64,000 nt of DNA from Octopus sinensis. Taxonomy: Eukaryota. The notes under the pieces are model-generated. The model did not search any database. It was not told the origin of the DNA and saw only the letters and a program-made list of their open reading frames with translations. The stretch lies in the NCBI RefSeq assembly GCF_006345805.1, contig NC_043005.1, positions 40,610,001 to 40,674,000 on the forward strand, read 5' to 3'. Positions 55,348 through 64,000 of this stretch are shown piece by piece (positions within the stretch are counted from its first letter, which is position 1; each line of letters starts with the position of its first letter). The translations under genes and the position numbers were made by a program.

Positions 55348-58300
55348 GTTTGTGCCAACACAGACTACCACTCGTGACCTCAAAATGTAGTCAGTCATTT
55401 TGTTTAATGGGTACAAGAACTGAGATTAAATTTTCTTAGAAGGAATGAATCCGTACTACAAACACATTCAGTCTTTCTAGATGACTATAAGTTAACAATC
55501 GATACCTTGTAGATAGCATGAAATCAGAAATTATATTTTGTAGGATGGAGGATGTGAGAAATGGGAGTTTCATGCATTTCTTTCAATGGGTATTAGTAAT
55601 GCAAGTGAAAAAGTTGTTTTGTTATTCAGTATTAAGAATCAGAAACCTATAAATTAGGAAACAGCTAATGCAGATTATGAACATTCAGTGTATTGATTTG
55701 TAGATATCTCATCTTTATTGCAGCACAAGCTATCCTAACACTTCTTTTTAAAAACAAACTAGGAGAGAGTTTACTGAAGTTGTGATTGCTACATTGGACT
55801 GATTCAGTGACAGAATAGATTTCTTTACTGAGTCCAAGTCTTCTCCATTTTAAAGGAAGATGTTCCAATTAGGAACCAAAATTTGCCAACTTGATTCGTA
55901 AAAAATTTACCACTACATCACAGTCCATGCATTGGAATATTATACTACGTTCCAGTGGAATGAAACTGAAACTTGGTAGTATCATAAACCCAGGAGGAGG
56001 AAGTAAAATACGCTGACACCAGCAGGATTGAACTTAAAACAGATGAAACTAAATACTGAAAAAGATATTCTGGCCAATGTTCTATAAAATCTAGTATCTA
56101 CTGAATATAACAAAGTTAAGATTTAGAAGAAAATGTTTTAAAACTACGAAAACATTTTTCATAATTTTCTTTCGGAAATCTTACATTTATTATAATAGCC
56201 AAAGAGAAAAGTATAATAAAATAACTAAAAAAAATGTAAGAACAAGTTGAGAAAATGTGAAATAAATGGGGCAAAGGAAGATTTAAGAAACCCAAAATAC
56301 AAAAACAAGACAAAGTCTACAAGTACTGTTGTTGATGCATTTATTAAAAGTTGCCAGGCCAGCAAATCTGGTAATGACTATAACAAAAATCACATGTCTT
56401 GTAATAGCAACACAGCTGTAGATCTGTAAAAAAGCAAAGTAGTAAGCTGCAGATGGGAATACAACTTGCCTGTTGTCCTTAAAAAGTTAGTCAGTGAGAT
56501 ATAAAAGAACGAATTTAGGAGGGCAAGAGAGAGAGAACTGTGAGTAAAGGGAAATGGTTTTGTATTTGTTTTATTGTTTTTCACTCATGTTCTCACAGGA
56601 TTATTGTTTTGCAAATCTAAGGCATTTGCACAGTGTTGGAACAGTTATTTTCATTCATGGATGCTCTTAAACTATACAGCCTTGGAGTTAGATGGGAATG
56701 TTGGAGACCACAGAGATAAACTCCATTAAGGACACAAAACAGCAGCTTCAATAGAATTTGGATTTATGATCATGCAATTATTAAGTAGTTAGGCATCTTA
56801 ACACCATTGTGACTACAAAATTACAAGGGGTGTCACTGTGAATGAGTACAATGTGTATAACAGAGAAGTCATAAAGACAATACATGAAATAACAGTATGC
56901 AAAGGTAGATTAATGTTAGTTAGCTGTAAACAAGTAGTAAAGAAACAAAAGCAAATTCAATTAGAAAATTTTGGATTAATATGACCGAGGTCTGGTAGAA
57001 ACAACCAATCCATGCCAGCATGGAAGACAAATGTTAAGTAATGATGATGATTTTTTTTTATCTATGCAGGAAACTATCTTGGAAAATAAAATAACAGAAG
57101 TGTAAAATTATAATTTTCACACTTCTCTCAGGAATACTAGTAACCTATCTCACCTAAATTAATAATTTCTTACATAGGCAAAAAGCCAGAAAAGATTTTG
57201 GAAAGGAACAGTTAATTATAACCACCTGAATACTTATTTTATAGCACTTGGAAGAATAAAGCTGTGGATCTGAACTCAATACAATGAGTTATTGTATGCA
57301 GACACTAATGATTCTGCCAAACCATCAGCCAACTACTTAAATTATTAGCTCCATCTATGTATCAAATCAAAATGGTCATAAACTCTGTTGAAAACCTACC
57401 ATCACTAACATTTACTACTACTGTTATTATAGATTTAATGAAATTGTTAAGTTTGATATTACTGCACTAAGAAGTTATGTAAATTTATTTTAACTGGCAG
57501 CATTAAGATTTAGACAATGATGATTATAGTGATGGTAATCATATTAGTATGATGTTTAAGTTGATAACCATGAATGTGAGCCTAATTACAAATATTGGAA
57601 GTATGTGCTGCCTGCTTCAATCAAAAGTGCAGTAATACCAAGCCAGCCATATTCAGTGACCGAGTTATTTTCACATTTAAAACTGAAGTAGGTGTTTATT
57701 TTATAGGGAAAACTGTTTCCCCTATAAACATTATCAGCTTTAATTTTTGCTACTCTGTTTAGCTGATAGGTAAATTGTCTAATTCAATGAGCAAAATGCT
57801 GGTCTGTGATATAATCACAGCATATAAAGATATTAATTTCTCATTTAGAAATACATAGTTTTCTCTGAGCCAGCAAATATATTGATATGGTTTCATTCTG
57901 GCATTTATTAACAGAGAAACCAAAACTTCAGTGAAAATAAAGACAACATGCAAAAGGAAAATAATTCTGGAATGAATATATTTATGAAGGGCAGTTCAAA
58001 CAAATATCTTAATGTAAGGAAAACTTAAGCTTAAAGAAAATAATTCCTTTCCATTTTTGAGATTTGTTATATGTAGATGATACTGACTTCCATAGGAAGT
58101 TTCATGTTTCAGTTTATTTAACAAGAAACTCTTTTTAATGAGCACAGTATAAGATTACTTAAATGTTTTATTAAAATTTTCAGGGCTGTTGCTCAGTTAC
58201 TGATGCAAAGTGTAAATACAATACCTCTTTTATACTTGTTTGAAAGCGTACTTTTTTTCAAGAATGAATGAATTAATTAATACTAATGCATATGTGTGTG

Positions 58301-59818
58301 TGTATTTATATTTAAAAAATCAATAGTGCTCAGTGTTTCTATAAAAGGTAGGGTTGCATAATTCTGCAATGCTGTATTTTTCTATCTGCTTGAATAAGTC
58401 GTAAAAGTCAGACTTTCAAGTATTGAACTAACTTAATTATTCAAAATTTTTGAGTTTAACCTCAACCACTATTTCTCTCTAACAACATCTAAGTTATTTC
58501 TTTACTTTTTTTTTTTTTTATGTCACCTGTATCATGTATTCAGTTTACATGTTCATAACCAAACACAGATTTTCTTTGCAAATATCATTATTAATTTAAC
58601 AATTTGGCAAGGTATTCATGTGTGGATATTCTAAAAGAAAGTTATATTTTTCTCTAAAAACATCAAGTTTGTGATGAAAAAATGCAAAATATTTGTCTGA
58701 AGATGAATAAATAAAATATCAGGCATTTTATCTTATTCCACACACTAAACTCTTGTTAGTAATCTAGATTAATAAGCAGCATCAAAGATATTTAACTTTT
58801 GATAAGTGGAATAAGTAAGGACTGGATTAAAGGCATTACCCTCTCCTTGCTCACTCTCTTGTCTGTTTCATCCACCATCTCCATTAACTAATGCAAACTG
58901 CACTCACTTCTCCCCACCATTCCCCCCATCCCTGCACGTCTCCCTCTTCCACAACCCTCTCACCCCTTTCCCAGCACACCTACACCCTTGCTTTCCCCCC
59001 CTTTTCAACACCCCACATCCCAGACATCCACTCTCATTCGAACATCACACCTCCCACTTTGCCTTTTTCATATTCCTCCTTTATTTTTCTTCAGAGACAT
59101 CAAGATTCTTCCCCCTATTTTTAAGAAGCAAACAAAATGTTTAAAAGGGAGTAGTTCTGGTGAAGCATTGTGCGATATTACATTAAAGAGACTTGTTGGC
59201 TAAGGCCGGAACAATGGGAGAATATCCCTTGCTGTTCTGCATGTCCTGAAGAAGAGGTCATAGCCCAGAAATACAAAAATAAAAAGTAAAACTACAACTT
59301 TATTTTGTTTACTTTTATTTTAGTAGTTTACTTTATATCTTCTTGCACTGTTCCAGCCTTACCCAACAAATCTCTTTGATAAAAAATTTGTTAAAACTTG
59401 TCCTTCTTTTGTTATTTTTGCTTTTGATCATTGCCTTCACAATACATTTTTAATGTTTACATGGACTGCTTATCTTTTTTCTCACAACTGTATACATTAC
59501 ACACAACCTCCTGTACCCCACTCACCTCTTATAATTTCCTTTTTTACCTTTTCTCTCATCTTCTATTCCGCTTTCCATCTCATCATTTAAATATCAGTTT
59601 TCCATGCCGGCATGGGTTGGATGGTTTGACAGGAGCTGGCAAGCCAAAGAGTAGCACTATACTCCATTTGTCTGTTTTGACATGGTTTCTATAGTTGGAT
59701 GCCCTTGCCATTCCTAACAAATCACATGGTTCTGGGCTCAGTCAACCAAAGCCTTGTGAGTGGATTTGGCAGATGGAAATTGAAAGAAGCCTATCATGTA
59801 TGTATATGCACACACACA

Positions 59819-60587
59819 CAGGGTGTAACAGGTAGATTGTCATTGGGCACTGTCTGTGAGGGAAACAGCAACATGATGCAATTCACTGCCAGAAATTTGT
59901 AAACAACATGCTGTTCTGCTTAGCATTTGTGCCGGAAGCTCCAATACAAACATTTCAGAGTGCTTGGGTGTCAGGCTGAGGACATGTACTGTGAGTGATA
60001 AAAATCAAACCCCCAGTCAACATTATGGTGTTTGGAGTGATCACTAGTGATGGCAACGTTATGTCTCCATTCATCTTCCCACACGGCCTCACACTCAACA
60101 CAGAGGCTACATCAAAGGCCTGGATGAGGTAGTGCTGCCCTGGGTCAAGAGGGTGGCTGCTGGAAGACCCTATGTCTGGGAACAGGACTCTGCACCATAC
60201 CATACAAACAGGAGAACCCAGACTGTCAAACAATTTCTGCAACTACATCACCCCTAACATCTGGCCACCTAACTCCCCCAGACTGCAACCCCCTTGATTA
60301 CGTGTGGGGTGCAGTGGAGTGAGAGACCAACAAGACTCCTTGTAACACCAAAGATGTAGTGAAGGCAAAGATTATGGCAGCATTCACCAACTTAAACAAG
60401 GAGACTGTCCAGAAGAGTTGCAGGAGATTCCAATGTTATCTGGAGGCTATGGTTGAAGCTATTTTATTGAATAAATTTACTCAATATCTTGAAATACTAA
60501 ATATTTCAAGATATTTTTATGTAATCTTGGTAAACATTTCTGTTTACCAAGATTACATAAACAGGGTGCTCTGTTCACCACACCCTG
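59819..60587 (+). mobile_element. maT-like (DD37D) deletion derivative, 769 bp, inverted relative to the 54410 copy
   Basis: Termini cagggtg../..caccctg. QDSAP..WPPNSPDCNPLDYVWG. Spacing of the last two Asp is about 37 after mental repair of a small deletion. Confidence 0.85.
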
Positions 60588-60589
60588 TG

Positions 60590-60598
<9 letters not shown>

Positions 60599-60640
<42 letters not shown>
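60599..60640. repeat. (TA)n microsatellite next to the maT element end
   Basis: Direct reading. Confidence 0.95.
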
Positions 60641-60643
<3 letters not shown>

Positions 60644-61070
60644 TATATCTGTATGCGTCTTTGTGTCTGTGTCCCTCCACCACCCCTTGACAACTGGTGT
60701 TGGTGTATTTACGTTCCTGTAATTTAGCAGTTCGGCAAAGGAGACTAACAGAATAAGTACTAGGCTTAACAAATAAGTCCTGCGGTTAATTAGTTTGACT
60801 ATAACACTTCAAGGTAGTGCTTCAGCATAGCTGCAGTCAAACGACTGAGACAAGTAAATATATAAAAAGAGATTATATCCTCACCACAAGACACCTGAAG
60901 AAGGCTGGGGCATACGACAGCTGAAACATAGCGAAAGCAGCAATCAAGATGAGGACACCAGTCCAACTAAACAGTGTACCTGATATAAATTCCTCACCTC
61001 AGAAATACAGAATTGCATCATCCAATCAGTACAGTGCCAACAAATGACAATGGAGGTTTTTAAGCCTTAA

Positions 61071-61292
61071 CCCTTCAGCATTTAGATTACTCTGTCAAAT
61101 GTAATCCATATTTATTCACAATGTTTTGAATTAATCATGTATGATCTCAAAGCTTCACAATTTTGATAATGTAAATGTTTTAGTTTCAGAATGGCATTGT
61201 AGGGTAAATGTGAGAGGCTGCATCTGGTCAGACTGAACAAAAAAAGAGGTAGAATATTTGGGCCAGATATGGCTGGTTTGAATGCTAAAGGG
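61071..61292. mobile_element. TTAA-flanked MITE, opposite orientation to the other copies
   Basis: ttaa|cccttcagcatt..aatgctaaaggg|ttaa, with the internal sequence reversed. Confidence 0.85.
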
Positions 61293-63374
61293 TTAAAGAT
61301 TCATTCTGTTACTGACTATGGGCATAGAGTTTTGGACAAAGGTGTTGGTTAATGCAGTGCAATCACCTAGAGGTGCTGAGTTCAACCTCAGGTAAGGAAC
61401 TAAGTTGAATTGCAAGATACCAGAAGAAGGCTGGATCATACAATAGCCGAAATATGGTAATTGTCATTATCATTATTTAACATCTGCTTTCCATGTTGGC
61501 ATGGGTTGGATGGTTTGACATGGAGCTTGCTAGCAGGAACTATCTGTACTCCAACTATCTGTTGTGGCATGGTTTCTATAGCTGGATGTCTTTCCTAATG
61601 CCAACCACTTAACAGAGTGTGCTAGGTGCTTTTTATGTGCTACCAGCACCGGTGCATTTATGCAGCACTGATACAGGTGCTTTTTAACTGGCAGCAGCAC
61701 CTGAAAGAACAAGCCTGTATGTGTGAAAGACAGCAATTTTGCTTAGCTTGACATATCTTACCAAATACAGCAAATCACCACATAACAATCAATAAGCAGA
61801 CAACAGTCTAATGTAAATAGTGTACATATTCTATCCTCAACTCTTTTTCTCCATTTATAATTTTTGCCATTTTTTGGCACCTTTTCCCCTCATTTTATGA
61901 TTTTCATTTTCCCAACATGCTCAACTTTTGTATTTTCCTTGCTTCCCTCCCTTCTTTCTGTTCCAAATCATACCCCCACTTTGTCTACCACTTTCTCAAA
62001 ATATATTAACTTCAGCCAAGCCACTTTCCTCAATGCACCACTGCATCATCCCTCATGGTTTTGGACTCTACCTTTACCTTACCTTCTACTCCAAACCCTT
62101 CTATTGAGCCCATCCTCTTCCACAAATCCTGTTTCCTCCTGTGCCACCTTCTGATCCACACCGTAACAAATTCACAACCTCAACCTTCTTTCCCAGGCCT
62201 GCTTTCTCTTCCTCTCCTTGCTTATTCATAGTTTCATTTACCACCTGAACCACCCACTTTCTCTATTTCATCACCTCCATTAAATTACATAAACTGTACT
62301 CTCTTTCATGCCAATCACTCCTCCCCACCACCCTGAAGCTCATTTTCCTCTCCTAGTCTCCCTGCTCCTCCAATTCCCTTTTCCAGCCCATCACCTCCAC
62401 TTTCCTACTTTACTTTTCTTTTGATGAAGGACCACTGAGATTCTTTCCTTTCCTTTCTTAAGCATTAAGTTATGCAATATCCATCAAAACTTGTCCCACC
62501 TGTGTTGTCTTTTTCTCTTTTTCTTGTCTTCACTGTATAATTCAGCACAGAAAACTAAGTACAAGCTGCCAGCATGAAGATGGCCACAAAAAGAAGGTAA
62601 TCATGTGCAAGAATGCCATTTTTGTTAATATAACATTATTAATATATAAATATCAAGATGTACTACTTTTTATGATGCTCTGTCACTGCCTGGATCTTGT
62701 ACTTTTAACTATCCAGATATCTGTTTCATAAAAACTTATACAAAAATAATATTTTTCTGAGGCAGAAAGCTAATTTTTGTAAATGGAACCAAAGCATAGC
62801 AAAAGTCAACTCTGGGACTTAATTGTACAATAACTATTTTATAATCTGAGAGGCATGAAATTTGAACTCAGAACAATGAAACTACAAATTCCTGGCTCTT
62901 TTCTAGAAAACTTACTTCTCCTGCAGAGAAATAATAATCATCATCACCATTGTCACATTCCATTTTTTCATGCTGGCATAGTTTAAGTTGGATGCATCTG
63001 TAATACAACACCAAGTTATCTATCTTGATCATGTCTTATCTCAGACCTTGTGTTCTCCCATAACAAATTATTCCCAAGTCTCCTTTTATCTACTCCTACT
63101 GATTCAGGTATCTTCCAGTAAGTACTAAGCTAAAATAATTTTCACATAGTTACATATATGATATGAAAAGAGTCAGTGACTAACAACCATTTAAAGAAAA
63201 TAGGCAACCACCAACATTTTATATGAACACCTTTGTTGATAGCCTGGAAAAAAAAATTATTTATCAAACTTCATACATGCAAATACACAAAACAAAATAT
63301 AAATATGACAGCTATGATAGACAAAAGACATTTTTCATTTTCTATTATATAATGAATTGTGAAGACTTGTGGCC

Positions 63375-63620
63375 TTGGGATGCTGCACTCATAATTGCTA
63401 AATCATGGGTTCAACTCCCTCACTTAGTGAAATGTTGTTTTCTGAGCGAAACACTTCACTTCACATTGCTTCTATCAGCTCAGCTGTAAATGTGCAATCC
63501 TGCAATGGAATAACCTCCCTATCAGGAGAAATGTTGGTCTGCTTGTCTAGCAAACAGGTTAGCATCATTTGAAAGCTGAAATGATGCCAAGCACATTATA
63601 ACCAGCAATGTATAATGACA
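63375..63620 (+). mobile_element. Old tRNA-derived SINE
   Basis: Decayed B-box gggttcaactccc and core ttctgagcgaaacacttcacttcacattgct..ctcagctgtaaatg. Confidence 0.55.
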
Positions 63621-64000
63621 CCTGGTAGTCTGGTTTATACCGTGATATACCATGATCAATAATAAATTGGATCGATCAATAGATTCTTTCTCAAAAACAA
63701 ACTTAAGATGTGAATATTAACAAAATAAGATTTGTTGTTCATTCACTAGTGTATGAGTTGTAAACACCTTATAAATTTTTACACTGCTTTTGGTTTCTTT
63801 AAAAGTGAAATGTAAAATAGTAAATAAAGGAAAAACTACCTACCACCATAAGGGTTCAAAACATGCAAATAGTTGCTGGTGAAAGGCTAACCTCTTTGTT
63901 ATATAGCATGGATTGAGCAGAAGATTCCACTTACCTGAAAGTAATACATGAAATATAAATAAAAATTCATTGAAGAAACAAATGCAGTTAATAGTTAAAC

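Overview
AT-rich, repeat-dense animal DNA. The SINE, MITE and microsatellite families look like those of Octopus (coleoid cephalopod); this is my inference, not a database result. The only host gene I can support is the 3' portion of a WDR47 (LisH/CTLH/WD40, nemitin) orthologue on the minus strand. It has six phase-compatible WD40 exons (25088 down to the TGA at 16955) and two low-complexity linker exons (47241-47573, 39271-39389); the N-terminal exons must lie beyond 64000. The linker introns contain several further frame-compatible exon candidates: a 126-nt GC-AG cassette, a 6-nt microexon, 57/93/66-nt phase-1 cassettes and possible alternative terminal exons. A textbook TTTCAG|GTAAGT zero-length-exon (recursive splice) candidate sits at 63934/63935. 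Left of the gene are a decayed CsRn1-type Ty3/Gypsy LTR element inserted into a tRNA-derived SINE (3789-8543), a Helitron Pif1-helicase fragment with its 3' hairpin end (about 12290-14461), and an RTE-tailed SINE-like element with an internal 62-bp VNTR. Other elements include mariner and maT (DD37D) deletion derivatives, TTAA piggyBac-type MITEs, RTE LINE remnants and hammerhead-ribozyme-like motifs. CpG content drops sharply at about 16 kb, matching the end of the gene. All coordinates were read by eye. No alignments or expression data were available.
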